Source of the DNA: a virus
IMG/VR virus record: IMGVR_UViG_3300045988_180675
Location: 96,001-160,000 of that record
Direction: 5' to 3' (one strand)
Length of the DNA: 64,000 nucleotides
Shown here: piece by piece, positions 1-8,087 of the stretch
Layout: each line of letters begins with the position of its first letter
How positions within the stretch are numbered: position 1 is the stretch's first letter
Position numbers and translations under genes: made by a program
The notes under the pieces: model-generated
What the model saw: the letters and a program-made list of their open reading frames with translations, nothing else
What the model was told of the DNA's origin: nothing
Database searches by the model: none

Positions 1-820
1 AACGAACTCGATCATCACCATGCTTTACTGTGATGACTGTAATTAGTTCGCCATTTCCAGCTGTTGGGATACGGTATCCGCTATCCAACATTTCGCCTTC
101 GCCATCACGAACACCCTTGAAGATCAATTTGAAGATATTGTCTACGCCATCTTCTGTTCTAAAGTCCTCTGTTGAAACAAGAGAAATTAACTGATGGTCA
201 TTTACACGAACGTAATCGAAGTTGTATTCGCCAGTTTCATATAAAGCCACTACTGCAACGTCAGAAAGAGTAAATGTAACATCTTCTGTCTTCTCGTCCT
301 TTGTGATAGTATCGTGGATCTCAACCGTGAGCTTTAATAGATTCAATGAAGAATTAATATCTTCGATATCTGATTGAAGCTTCTCAACCTTAACGATCTT
401 ACTATCGTAACCAATGTTGTCAAAATGATCTCTTGTTAGATCATAATTGTACAGATTACCATTTGTAGATAGTAAGAATAAGGATGTTGAGCCAAAAGCA
501 ACGATTTCACTAAAGCGTAGTGAACCGATAATCTTTTCACCCAATACTACCAAAGAGCCATCTTCATCGAGATATGCGTCATCTGATGTTAATAGTGGTG
601 CACGTAGGTCTGGGTTGTTAGTGTTGTTGTAATGTTCATAGGAAATTGTTGGATTTCCATAGTTTGTTACAACGATTGATCCAGCTTCATTAGAAAGATG
701 CATTACATCTCCCTCTACCTTGTCTAAAGTTAGGTAGTCTCGGCTCAACTGGTCAAACCATTCTGTGCCGATACGTAGTTCTAAACGCTTGTTGATCTTT
801 TCTTGAATTGTTGTTGTCAT
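1..820 (-). CDS. hypothetical protein, C-terminus beyond window start (>=273 aa)
   Basis: Minus-strand frame is open from the ATG at 820 to position 1 (begins MTTTIQEKINKRLELRIG). AGGAGG lies at 835-840. It is missing from the ORF track only because no stop falls inside the window. Confidence 0.6.
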   Translation of the reverse strand, partial: MTTTIQEKINKRLELRIGTEWFDQLSRDYLTLDKVEGDVMHLSNEAGSIVVTNYGNPTISYEHYNNTNNPDLRAPLLTSDDAYLDEDGSLVVLGEKIIGSLRFSEIVAFGSTSLFLLSTNGNLYNYDLTRDHFDNIGYDSKIVKVEKLQSDIEDINSSLNLLKLTVEIHDTITKDEKTEDVTFTLSDVAVVALYETGEYNFDYVRVNDHQLISLVSTEDFRTEDGVDNIFKLIFKGVRDGEGEMLDSGYRIPTAGNGELITVITVKHGDDRVR

Positions 821-925
821 AAAATTTAATTTTTCCTCCTATGTCCTCTCTTTTAGGACTCGCTATACTAGCGTCTAATTGTCTTCCTTATTTTTTGAGT
901 AATGCTTTTTATCATCACCCTTTCT

Positions 926-968
926 TTCTCCATTTCTCATCAAATAATTGGACATAAGTATTATGCAA
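926..968 (-). promoter_or_regulatory. type-A promoter/leader cassette, copy A1
   Basis: Read on the minus strand: CATAAT (960-965), then 21 nt, then TTATTTGATGAGAAATGGAGAA. Same architecture as ten other copies. Confidence 0.5.
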
Positions 969-981
969 GAAGAAAAGAAAT

Positions 982-1004
982 AAAAAAAGACGGAATAACC
1001 GTCT
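982..1004 (-). terminator. intrinsic terminator after the helicase gene
   Basis: Hairpin AGACGG-AATAA-CCGTCT (988-1004), followed on the minus strand by a T-run (plus-strand A-run 982-989). Confidence 0.75.
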
Positions 1005-1010
1005 TTCTTT

Positions 1011-2969
1011 TTATAACTGAGCTAATGCCTCTTCGATTTCCTGTAGGAAACGGTTGTATGTTGGGTTTTCAATCGTTCCAAAAGCGATTTCTTGTCCATA
1101 TAAAGATAGGCTATCACGAGCACGAGTGATCATTACGAATAATAAACGTCGTAGCTCTTCAGCTTTTCTTGTGGATAATTTCTCTTTTTCGAATCCTGAA
1201 ACAGAACCAAATACATGTTTCCATTCTAAACCTTTTGATGAGTGTACTGTAATCAACATTACACCATGACCTAAAACAGAACGCTTGAACATCATGTTAT
1301 CTCCAAACGATAAGAAGTTTGAAACATAATACATGATTTCGTCGGCATCCATATCATTGAACTTTTCGGAAAAATTCAATACTGCTTCATCGCCATGTGA
1401 AATCTCCTGGATAAATTCCATGATCATAAGTTTCTTCGCAGCTGGATCTACAGCTTTGATTGTGTTCACCTTATTTACCACTTCATTTACATAGGTAGAC
1501 ATGATTTCTGGTCCAGCTTCAATAATATCTCCATCAAATAAGGCGTTTGCTACTTCTAGCATATCCATATTTGCATCGGCTGCATCTGGTTTAGAAATTT
1601 CTCGAATAAATTTCAACATCGCTATGACACGGTGGTTTTCAATTAATAACTCTGGGAAACCAAACTTAGATGGAATTCCAAAAGCTGTTAAGCGATCTGC
1701 AACGCTCTTTAACTCTCCCTTTGAGAAAGCTAAGAAAGCAATGTTGTCAGGATCTTCACCTGCATCAATAAGAGCCTTGATATCACGAGCAATCGTATCG
1801 ATTTCTCCTTTTTCAAGATTCTTGCCCATATTTAATTTCGATGGCTTCTGATCGTATTTTCTCTTGAATTTCTGTACCGTTGGCATCATGCCTGGTTCAC
1901 GAGATGCGATAAGAGTCTTATCGATCTTATTTTTATTTCTATCAATAATGATGTTTGCTAACTTAATTACGTTTTCAATACATCTGTAATTGATATCCAT
2001 AAATACATCGTGGATGTCGAGTGTAAGCTTATTTCCATCCTCGTCTTTCTTATATAAATAATCTCCTAAATTGATTAAGAAATCTGGAGAAGTATTCATT
2101 AACGATTCATAGATCGCTTGTGAATCATCTCCCACAACAAGTAAAGACTTAAATGACTTCATGTTGATCAAGTGATTTAATAGCTTCATCTGATCTTCCG
2201 AAGTATCCTGTGCTTCATCAACAATAATGTGAGCAAAGTAGAAATTATCATCTAAAAATGTTGGATTGTCATCTAAAATTTTTAATGCCAATACGATCAT
2301 TTCGTCGAACGTGATTACTGGAGCTTGGAACTCATTATCGAATCCCTTCTTCATAGAATCATATTCTGGATACATCGCAATGATCTTCAAGGCAATATTT
2401 GATGGTAAATCCACTTTTCTGTCTGTTAAGAGTTCCGATACGTCATTATAGGCAATATCAGACAACGCTCTTCCTTCCACAACCAGTCTTGAAACTCGAT
2501 GTAGAATCATAGACATGATATCTAATGCTCCAGTCGTACCGTAACCTGAGCTTGTATAGTTCTGGAAATGAACTCCAGTCCACTCTACGATCTCATGACG
2601 GCGAATCAGAGCATCACACATTGCTCTATCTTGTACTTCATCAATAACTGACGGAATATGTCGATATCCTAATGTGTGCCACATTTTTTTAATAATTTCG
2701 AACTCGAAAGCATGGAAAGTTGTAGCGGTCAAACCACAAACAGGCTTTCCAACCATCTTATTTACACGAGCTGCCATCTCAGAAGCACCATTCTTAGAGA
2801 ATGTACTTAGGAAGATTTCTTCAGGTTTAGCACCGACATCTTCTAAAAGATGCTTAACTCTAGCACTAATGACCTGTGTCTTTCCTGTTCCTGCACCCGC
2901 TACAACTCTGTTGTAAGGATGCGTTGTATTGATGGCTGCTAATTGCCCATCATTAAACTTGATTTCCAT
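1011..2969 (-). CDS. UvrD/Rep/PcrA-family SF1 DNA helicase
   Basis: 652 aa. Motifs AGAGTGKT (Walker A), VDEAQDT (II), VGDDSQAIY (III), NYRC (IV), VHSSKGLEW (V), ITRARD (VI). GGAGG SD upstream of the ATG at 2969. Confidence 0.9.
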   Translation of the reverse strand: MEIKFNDGQLAAINTTHPYNRVVAGAGTGKTQVISARVKHLLEDVGAKPEEIFLSTFSKNGASEMAARVNKMVGKPVCGLTATTFHAFEFEIIKKMWHTLGYRHIPSVIDEVQDRAMCDALIRRHEIVEWTGVHFQNYTSSGYGTTGALDIMSMILHRVSRLVVEGRALSDIAYNDVSELLTDRKVDLPSNIALKIIAMYPEYDSMKKGFDNEFQAPVITFDEMIVLALKILDDNPTFLDDNFYFAHIIVDEAQDTSEDQMKLLNHLINMKSFKSLLVVGDDSQAIYESLMNTSPDFLINLGDYLYKKDEDGNKLTLDIHDVFMDINYRCIENVIKLANIIIDRNKNKIDKTLIASREPGMMPTVQKFKRKYDQKPSKLNMGKNLEKGEIDTIARDIKALIDAGEDPDNIAFLAFSKGELKSVADRLTAFGIPSKFGFPELLIENHRVIAMLKFIREISKPDAADANMDMLEVANALFDGDIIEAGPEIMSTYVNEVVNKVNTIKAVDPAAKKLMIMEFIQEISHGDEAVLNFSEKFNDMDADEIMYYVSNFLSFGDNMMFKRSVLGHGVMLITVHSSKGLEWKHVFGSVSGFEKEKLSTRKAEELRRLLFVMITRARDSLSLYGQEIAFGTIENPTYNRFLQEIEEALAQL

Positions 2970-2998
2970 TTTTTATTTTCCTCCTTAGCCTTAATGGC

Positions 2999-3838
2999 TT
3001 ATTCTTCTTCATCTATAACTGTGATAGGAGCTTTCTTGTATTTGCAAATATTGAAGAATTCACAAAACTTACAATTTTCTTCTAATTGCTCTTCTTCTCC
3101 TACTCCATTAATAAACTTTTGAATGATCGGACTCATATAGGTATCGATTTCAGCAGTGTTTCCCATGTAATCTCCTTCAAGACTTACGATGTTCCCACTT
3201 CCGAAGAATGATTGCTCATTTAAGTTCCATGTTTGGGTATCGGTATCCTTCTTTAGAAAATAGAAAGATGCTGTGATATTTTTGAACCCCATTTGACGAC
3301 CATACAAAATTGTTGCGTACAATTGAAGATCTCTCTTCATTGCGTTCTTATTGCCTTTTTGTGTTACATTTGGTTTACCAGTTTTATAGTAAACAAATTC
3401 CACACGATCTTCGCCATCTATACCTTTAGATACAAACGCTGCATGTGGAGCTACCATAATTGGCTTGAGCTGATCTGATACTGAAACAAGTCGTTTTGCG
3501 AAGAAAGATGGAACACGATGTTCATCTCTTAAATATCGCATGACTCTTCTCCAGTCTGCTAATAAAACCTGCATTTTCTGCTGTGGGTTTAAAAAGCCAG
3601 CCTCAATATAACGGGAATTCATGTATTCCATGATATTCCGATCTTCCCGCTCATTGTAACGAAGTGCTTGCTGGATCGTATCTGCACAAATTTCAGCACG
3701 CTTATAAAAGGTGCCAGTTGGGACTGATGACTTAATAGAATCACCAAGAACCCCTTTGAACGTTCTACGTTTTTTACAAGCTCCATATTCTGATAATGAG
3801 CTTAATCGATCATAATCGATTTTTGTTTGATCACACAT
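2999..3838 (-). CDS. PD-(D/E)XK nuclease with Cas4/AddB-like Cys cluster
   Basis: 279 aa. IDGED...EFVYYKTGK core, QLYATILYG motif, one N-terminal Cys (YGACKK) plus C-terminal CKFCEFFNICKY (C-x2-C-x5-C) as in 4Fe-4S Cas4/AddB nucleases. Strong SD. Confidence 0.7.
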   Translation of the reverse strand: MCDQTKIDYDRLSSLSEYGACKKRRTFKGVLGDSIKSSVPTGTFYKRAEICADTIQQALRYNEREDRNIMEYMNSRYIEAGFLNPQQKMQVLLADWRRVMRYLRDEHRVPSFFAKRLVSVSDQLKPIMVAPHAAFVSKGIDGEDRVEFVYYKTGKPNVTQKGNKNAMKRDLQLYATILYGRQMGFKNITASFYFLKKDTDTQTWNLNEQSFFGSGNIVSLEGDYMGNTAEIDTYMSPIIQKFINGVGEEEQLEENCKFCEFFNICKYKKAPITVIDEEE

Positions 3839-3856
3839 TTTATTTTCCTCCTAATT

Positions 3857-5404
3857 TTACTTGAATACGATCAATTTCTTTAGACATGATGCACTTTCGT
3901 TGTAGACAATGATTTCATCATTTCTAAATCCTACACCGCCACCTGCATGATACCATGTTGAGTCGTATCCTTTTTCCTTAAACATGTTCAATAACTCTGT
4001 TGTCTTTTCTGGAGCACCACCGATGCATCCATTTGGTTCGTATGTGTTACCTGTGGCAACACGATAAACGCCCATAATGGAAATCTTACCATCAATACCT
4101 CTATCTCTTGAATATGTGCTTGAGCAATATCCAGCAGACTTGAGAGGATTGTTAGCAAAGTATGAACCATTACCAAATGCCTTACCACAAATACGTGCGT
4201 TAGGATTTAATAATAGCCCCATCTTAATGATACTAACCCAGTTGCAGTTTGCAGAACCATGGAACAGATCATGCTCAACGCTGTTGAACATTCCGTTTTT
4301 AAGGTATTCTTCATAACGAACAACTTGATCATGTGGTGTGATGTCATATACTTCAACGACATCAATCTTTCCAGAAAGCTTATACTCTTTAATCGTTTGT
4401 TCCATCTCTTCAGGTGTTTCCTTGCGTACAGAGACATTTCCGAATGGACTCTCAAATTTTTCTGTCTTGCTATGTGTTTGTGAAACTAATGCTTCCATAG
4501 AAGACACAATTTTGTTTACCCAATCTAGTTTTGCCTCCATCTGTTTGAACAACTCTTCTTCTGTAAGAGGAATCGTTGGAACATGGAAATCCTTGATTTG
4601 GAAATTCTTACCAACCTTTGGTGCTGCAATTGCAATAAAGTCATCAATACATCCATTGAAAAGCGTTGCATCTGTTAGATTGCACATCTTGTTGTACAAC
4701 TTACGTGCAGATGTCACTTGTCGGCGTGTATATGGTGATGATGAAGAATAGAAATTCATTTCAAAACCACTTTCTGATAACGTCTCTTTCGCAACTTGAA
4801 TCAGCCATCTGTAAAGCGTAACGGCTTCATCATCTGATGTTTCTTCAACTGTTGGCTTTTTGAAGAATGCAGAAATCTTTGATTCATCTTCGTCCTGCTT
4901 TAATTCTTCCGTGTAGTCCTTAAATCCAGCGGCAAGCTTTTGGTAATATCTTAACCAATAAAGTTGCGATGGCTGAGCTTTATGAACCGTACCGTCCTCA
5001 AGTCGATCCATTCCCTTTTTACCAATAATACCAGACACAGCACCAATATTAAGTGTACGTGGTCCCATATTATTTGGGTTAAGGTTGTAACGAGAACGCA
5101 AATTAGTTTCAGCATCAACGTGCCTTAGTAATTTTTGTTCATATAGGCTCTTTGCTAATCTGAAAGTATCAGCAGTGATACGAATAACGATGTTATCGTC
5201 TTCTTCATTTTTGACTCTTTCATAGATTTCTACATGAGCCTCTTTGATTCCATCTTCGCTTTTAAGATGAATTGAGTTTGGAACTGGAAAACCATCTGCG
5301 AACAATGTTTCCGCAACCTTTTTCCATAATTCTCCTTCTTCGTTGATACCAGCTGGGAAATCCAACTGATACACTTTTCCTGTTGTTTCCATCGTAACTT
5401 TCAT
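3857..5404 (-). CDS. PARP-like ADP-ribosyltransferase (WGR-like / helical regulatory / H-Y-E catalytic architecture)
   Basis: 515 aa. The C-terminal ~165 aa align by eye with the PARP1 catalytic core: LFHGSANCNWVSIIKMGLLLNP (PARP1 [22 protein letters not shown]), GNGSYFANNPLKSAGYC (GKGIYFADMVSKSANYC), NDEIIVYN (YNEYIVYD). The preceding helical segment resembles the PARP regulatory domain. Confidence 0.85.
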   Translation of the reverse strand: MKVTMETTGKVYQLDFPAGINEEGELWKKVAETLFADGFPVPNSIHLKSEDGIKEAHVEIYERVKNEEDDNIVIRITADTFRLAKSLYEQKLLRHVDAETNLRSRYNLNPNNMGPRTLNIGAVSGIIGKKGMDRLEDGTVHKAQPSQLYWLRYYQKLAAGFKDYTEELKQDEDESKISAFFKKPTVEETSDDEAVTLYRWLIQVAKETLSESGFEMNFYSSSSPYTRRQVTSARKLYNKMCNLTDATLFNGCIDDFIAIAAPKVGKNFQIKDFHVPTIPLTEEELFKQMEAKLDWVNKIVSSMEALVSQTHSKTEKFESPFGNVSVRKETPEEMEQTIKEYKLSGKIDVVEVYDITPHDQVVRYEEYLKNGMFNSVEHDLFHGSANCNWVSIIKMGLLLNPNARICGKAFGNGSYFANNPLKSAGYCSSTYSRDRGIDGKISIMGVYRVATGNTYEPNGCIGGAPEKTTELLNMFKEKGYDSTWYHAGGGVGFRNDEIIVYNESASCLKKLIVFK

Positions 5405-5480
5405 TTTATTTTCCTCCTTAATTTACGATATTTTATATATAAAATTTATTCGATGTTTTTTATTTTCCTCTTTTTTAATA

Positions 5481-5520
5481 TTCTCCATGCTCATCAAATA
5501 AATACATATATATCTTGCTA
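5481..5520 (-). promoter_or_regulatory. type-A promoter/leader cassette, copy A2 (PARP operon)
   Basis: Minus strand: CAAGAT -10-like hexamer (5512-5517), 19 nt to ATC, then TTATTTGATGAGCATGGAGAA. Confidence 0.5.
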
Positions 5521-5532
5521 TAAAAAAGACAA

Positions 5533-5560
5533 TAAAAAAAAGAAGGAAATTACTCCTTCT
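5533..5560 (-). terminator. intrinsic terminator
   Basis: Hairpin AGAAGGA-AATTAC-TCCTTCT (5541-5560), flanked by A and T runs. Confidence 0.75.
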
Positions 5561-5570
5561 TCTTTTTTTA

Positions 5571-5756
5571 CTACTCGTAAAATTTGTAATGTGTTCTTGC
5601 AAAGTAACGACTTGCCACATAAGCAGAAAATGAGATTAAAGCCATAAAACATAAGAATGTTGTCATTGTTTCCCCAATTCCAACGAAAATACAGGCTACA
5701 AATAGAAGTGCAACACCAACCAGTATGCACTTCAAAGCCAATAAAATTAGCTTCAT
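5571..5756 (-). CDS. small two-TM membrane protein (paralog of 6529..6702)
   Basis: 61 aa and hydrophobic. SD AAGGGAGAG upstream. Shares IGE(T/N)xTxFLCF...AYVAS(R/K)YF with the 57-aa protein. Confidence 0.65.
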   Translation of the reverse strand: MKLILLALKCILVGVALLFVACIFVGIGETMTTFLCFMALISFSAYVASRYFARTHYKFYE

Positions 5757-5768
5757 GAATTCTCTCCC

Positions 5769-6227
5769 TTACTCAACGTTGTACTGTGCGATAGCATAGT
5801 ATGTCTTTCCTTCATCAAGAGTTCTGATGAGATCTGGCAACGATAATGCTTCGTTCTCAAATAGGAATAAATCTCTTGATTCATCCATTGTGAATCTAAA
5901 TTTTCTGCGTAAATCCATGTATTCGATCAGATTTTTACTAGAAAATTCTTCTAGGGAAACCTTTTTCATTTCCTCTAAAACGTTTAAGAATTCTTCATAG
6001 TTTTTCTTAAAATAAAGATTCTTATCATTCACAACAAATCCACCATCTTCTGTGCCAGAAATGCCATCTGATTTGATAAGGTTTTCAACAAAAAACTTCT
6101 TATCATCGTTATCATCCAATTCAGAATAAGCATCGTGGAACGGTAGGAAATTATCAACAGATTCTGCTGACATTACCTCTTCATCTTTCTGTGATGAAAT
6201 TAAAACTACTGAAAAAAATATTGACAT
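5769..6227 (-). CDS. acidic hypothetical protein (152 aa)
   Basis: Start trimmed from 6377 to the ATG at 6227 (MSIFF...), which is preceded by AAGGAGGAAAATAAG. The longer track ORF runs through promoter cassette A3. Confidence 0.65.
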   Translation of the reverse strand: MSIFFSVVLISSQKDEEVMSAESVDNFLPFHDAYSELDDNDDKKFFVENLIKSDGISGTEDGGFVVNDKNLYFKKNYEEFLNVLEEMKKVSLEEFSSKNLIEYMDLRRKFRFTMDESRDLFLFENEALSLPDLIRTLDEGKTYYAIAQYNVE

Positions 6228-6255
6228 CTTATTTTCCTCCTTTGCTCTTTTGAGC

Positions 6256-6293
6256 TTCTCCATGATATCAAATAAATACATATATATTATGTT
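6256..6293 (-). promoter_or_regulatory. type-A promoter/leader cassette, copy A3
   Basis: CATAAT (6286-6291), then 19 nt, then TTATTTGATATCATGGAGAA. GCTC-AAAA-GAGC hairpin (6244-6255) abuts the SD. Confidence 0.55.
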
Positions 6294-6302
6294 TGAAACA
6301 TA

Positions 6303-6330
6303 AAAAGAAAAAAGGGAGAATACCCCCCTT
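6303..6330 (-). terminator. intrinsic terminator
   Basis: Minus-strand RNA GGGGG-GUAUU-CUCCC (one G-U pair), followed by UUUUUUCUUUUU. Confidence 0.55.
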
Positions 6331-6336
6331 TTTCTT

Positions 6337-6489
6337 TTATCCTCTTTTTTCGGACATTGCAATGCTACATATAACAACTAATACAAAGAAAACCGCAGGT
6401 TTCATCTTTGTAGTTGCTAATATAACATTTACCAAGATAAAGGCAATAATTAGGCATATAGCCAAAATTATCAATCTATCTCTTCTCAT
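6337..6489 (-). CDS. small hydrophobic protein (50 aa), not in the ORF track
   Basis: ATG at 6489 is preceded by GGAAGGAGGTGG. Translates to MRRDRLIILAICLIIAFILVNVILATTKMKPAVFFVLVVICSIAMSEKRG, with TAA at 6337-6339. It falls below the track length cutoff. Confidence 0.55.
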   Translation of the reverse strand: MRRDRLIILAICLIIAFILVNVILATTKMKPAVFFVLVVICSIAMSEKRG

Positions 6490-6528
6490 TTCATTCCACC
6501 TCCTTCCCAGAGGTTTACTAATTTCTGC

Positions 6529-6702
6529 TTAAACTTCCATCACAAAATATTTTGATGCAACATAAGCTGCGAAAACCAACACTACTACAAAACATAAGAA
6601 TATTGTAGTGTTTTCACCGATTGCGACAAAAGCAACCGCTCCAAGCAATACAAATACTGCTGCCAAGATAAAATTGTAAGCATACTTTAATAAATTTAAC
6701 AT
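6529..6702 (-). CDS. small two-TM membrane protein (57 aa)
   Basis: Start trimmed to the ATG at 6702 (MLNLLKY), preceded by AGGAGGGAAATTAAA. Paralog of 5571..5756. Confidence 0.65.
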   Translation of the reverse strand: MLNLLKYAYNFILAAVFVLLGAVAFVAIGENTTIFLCFVVVLVFAAYVASKYFVMEV

Positions 6703-6730
6703 TTTAATTTCCCTCCTAGCCATTTCGGCT

Positions 6731-6770
6731 TTTCCAATAATCATCAAATAATTACACTTAAATTATGTCA
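6731..6770 (-). promoter_or_regulatory. type-A promoter/leader cassette, copy A4
   Basis: CATAAT (6762-6767), then 19 nt, then TTATTTGATGATTATTGGAAAA. AGCC-GAAAT-GGCT hairpin (6718-6730) abuts the SD. Confidence 0.5.
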
Positions 6771-6782
6771 TAAGGAAAGAAT

Positions 6783-6805
6783 AAAAAAAAGAAGGATTAT
6801 CCTTC
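6783..6805 (-). terminator. intrinsic terminator
   Basis: Hairpin GAAGGA-TTAT-CCTTC (6791-6805), followed by a minus-strand T-run. Confidence 0.7.
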
Positions 6806-6825
6806 TTTTCCGTTTTACACTCCTG

Positions 6826-7200
6826 TTACCAAGCAAAACAAATCTTAAAATCGTTATCTAATAATTCGCAATCTTCACGAAGAATAATTTCTACATTTTT
6901 ATTGCTCGGTTTTACAGCACTCAAAATAAAGTTCCCGAAATTTTCTGAGAATTTACTTTCTTCAACGCTTGCGAGTTCTTTGAATTCATCAGGTGCTGAT
7001 ACAACAACGTTGTCTGATTCAAATTCTGAAATGTATAAATTGTCTAGCTTTATACTATAGTGATGACCAGCCACATGTTCAACGCTGTATTCGTTTGCGT
7101 GCATTACAAACGACACATCGCCAGCATTGATTCTGATTGCTTCGATCTGTAATAGCTCTTCAAGATTTTTTGCTGATATTAGCTCTAATTCCAAATTCAT
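6826..7200 (-). CDS. hypothetical protein (124 aa)
   Basis: ORF with a GGAGGAAAATTAAAA SD lying inside the end of the upstream gene. Third gene of a three-gene operon. Confidence 0.65.
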   Translation of the reverse strand: MNLELELISAKNLEELLQIEAIRINAGDVSFVMHANEYSVEHVAGHHYSIKLDNLYISEFESDNVVVSAPDEFKELASVEESKFSENFGNFILSAVKPSNKNVEIILREDCELLDNDFKICFAW

Positions 7201-7202
7201 TT

Positions 7203-7607
7203 TTAATTTTCCTCCTGGGCTTTTTTCGCCTCTTTTTTATATCGAATCTTGTAGAGGATATTTCCCTTGCGGTCACGTCCTCCATTTACTACTGTGGCGT
7301 TTTCTTCGAAGAATACCTTTTCCTGCTTATACAGTTCGCTAACACGCTTTATGCCAAGCTTTTTAGCAAAGTGTGCAGCTGTATTAAGTGCCATGCCTTC
7401 TTCATGGTTTTCATTTGTAAAAGCACCAAAGAAATTTGTAGACTTCCCTGGATCCAACATGGCAACTGCTAGGTGTGCGTGGATCTCAAAGATACAGGCA
7501 ATTTCATTTGCTTCTCTTTCTTCTTCCACTGTTAATTTTTGCCCTTTGAAAAAGGCTTTTGAAAATAGCTCTTTTGAGCGTCTTTGTAAATCTCCCATTC
7601 TACTCAT
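7203..7607 (-). CDS. hypothetical protein (134 aa), tandem paralog of 7624..7953
   Basis: Shares R(M)xxLxxRxxELxxxxFxxxxKLTxEEExExxEIxCIxxIH and EK/RVxExYxxExxFFxxxATV with its neighbour. SD present. Confidence 0.65.
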   Translation of the reverse strand: MSRMGDLQRRSKELFSKAFFKGQKLTVEEEREANEIACIFEIHAHLAVAMLDPGKSTNFFGAFTNENHEEGMALNTAAHFAKKLGIKRVSELYKQEKVFFEENATVVNGGRDRKGNILYKIRYKKEAKKAQEEN

Positions 7608-7623
7608 CTTTATTTTCCTCCTT

Positions 7624-7953
7624 TTAAATATCGTAAGATGTAGAGTTGTACGAACAACCTTCTGAATCTGTGAAAACGTCTTTAGTAACTGTAGCGTGCT
7701 TGTCGAAGAATTCTACTTCTTTAGCGTAGATTTCCTTAACTTTTTCTTCTCCTAATGTTTTTGCATATTCTTTAGCATAGTTTTTGTAACCATTAAAGAA
7801 GTCTGTTCCATAGACCAAACAAGAATGTATCATGGAAATACATCTTATTTCCTCTAATTCTAATTCCTCTTCTGCTGTTAATTTGCGTTCATTAGTGAAA
7901 CTGATTTGAAGTAGTTCACGCTCTCTCTGTTCTAATCGTTCCATTCTTTTCAT
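7624..7953 (-). CDS. hypothetical protein (109 aa), tandem paralog
   Basis: ORF with an AGGAGGAAATAAT SD. Similar to 7203..7607. Confidence 0.65.
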   Translation of the reverse strand: MKRMERLEQRERELLQISFTNERKLTAEEELELEEIRCISMIHSCLVYGTDFFNGYKNYAKEYAKTLGEEKVKEIYAKEVEFFDKHATVTKDVFTDSEGCSYNSTSYDI

Positions 7954-8005
7954 ATTATTTCCTCCTAGCCTTACTGGCTTTTATTTTTCGCCTTATTCGA
8001 ATATT

Positions 8006-8045
8006 TTCTCCATGATCATCAAATAAAGTCACATTTATTATGTGA
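8006..8045 (-). promoter_or_regulatory. type-A promoter/leader cassette, copy A5
   Basis: CATAAT (8037-8042), then 19 nt, then TTATTTGATGATCATGGAGAA. AGCC-AGTAA-GGCT hairpin (7967-7979) abuts the SD. Confidence 0.55.
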
Positions 8046-8057
8046 TATAGAAAGAAA

Positions 8058-8082
8058 GAAAAAAGAGGCTTATTGCCTCTTC
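8058..8082 (-). terminator. intrinsic terminator
   Basis: Hairpin AGAGGC-TTATT-GCCTCT (8064-8080), followed by a T-run. Confidence 0.8.
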
Positions 8083-8087
8083 TTTTT

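Noticed and set aside
5423-5756. ORFs 5423..5620, 5518..5730 and 5453..5647 in the intergenic region upstream of the PARP gene.
   Set aside because: They run straight through a terminator hairpin and promoter cassette A2 and have no SD. Only the 61-aa ORF 5571..5756 has an SD and a paralog. The piece starting at the conserved ATGGAGAA is discussed under the type-A cassette finding instead.
5769-6377. Long N-terminal extensions in the ORF track for 5769..6377, 6529..6747, 9478..9789, 9786..10319, 11967..12260, 27910..28350, 35736..35966, 36042..37316 and 59426..60157.
   Set aside because: The extensions cross promoter cassettes or terminators, or deeply overlap the upstream gene, and they lack an SD. 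In every case an internal ATG is preceded by a canonical GGAGG-type SD at 5-10 nt, so the starts were trimmed.
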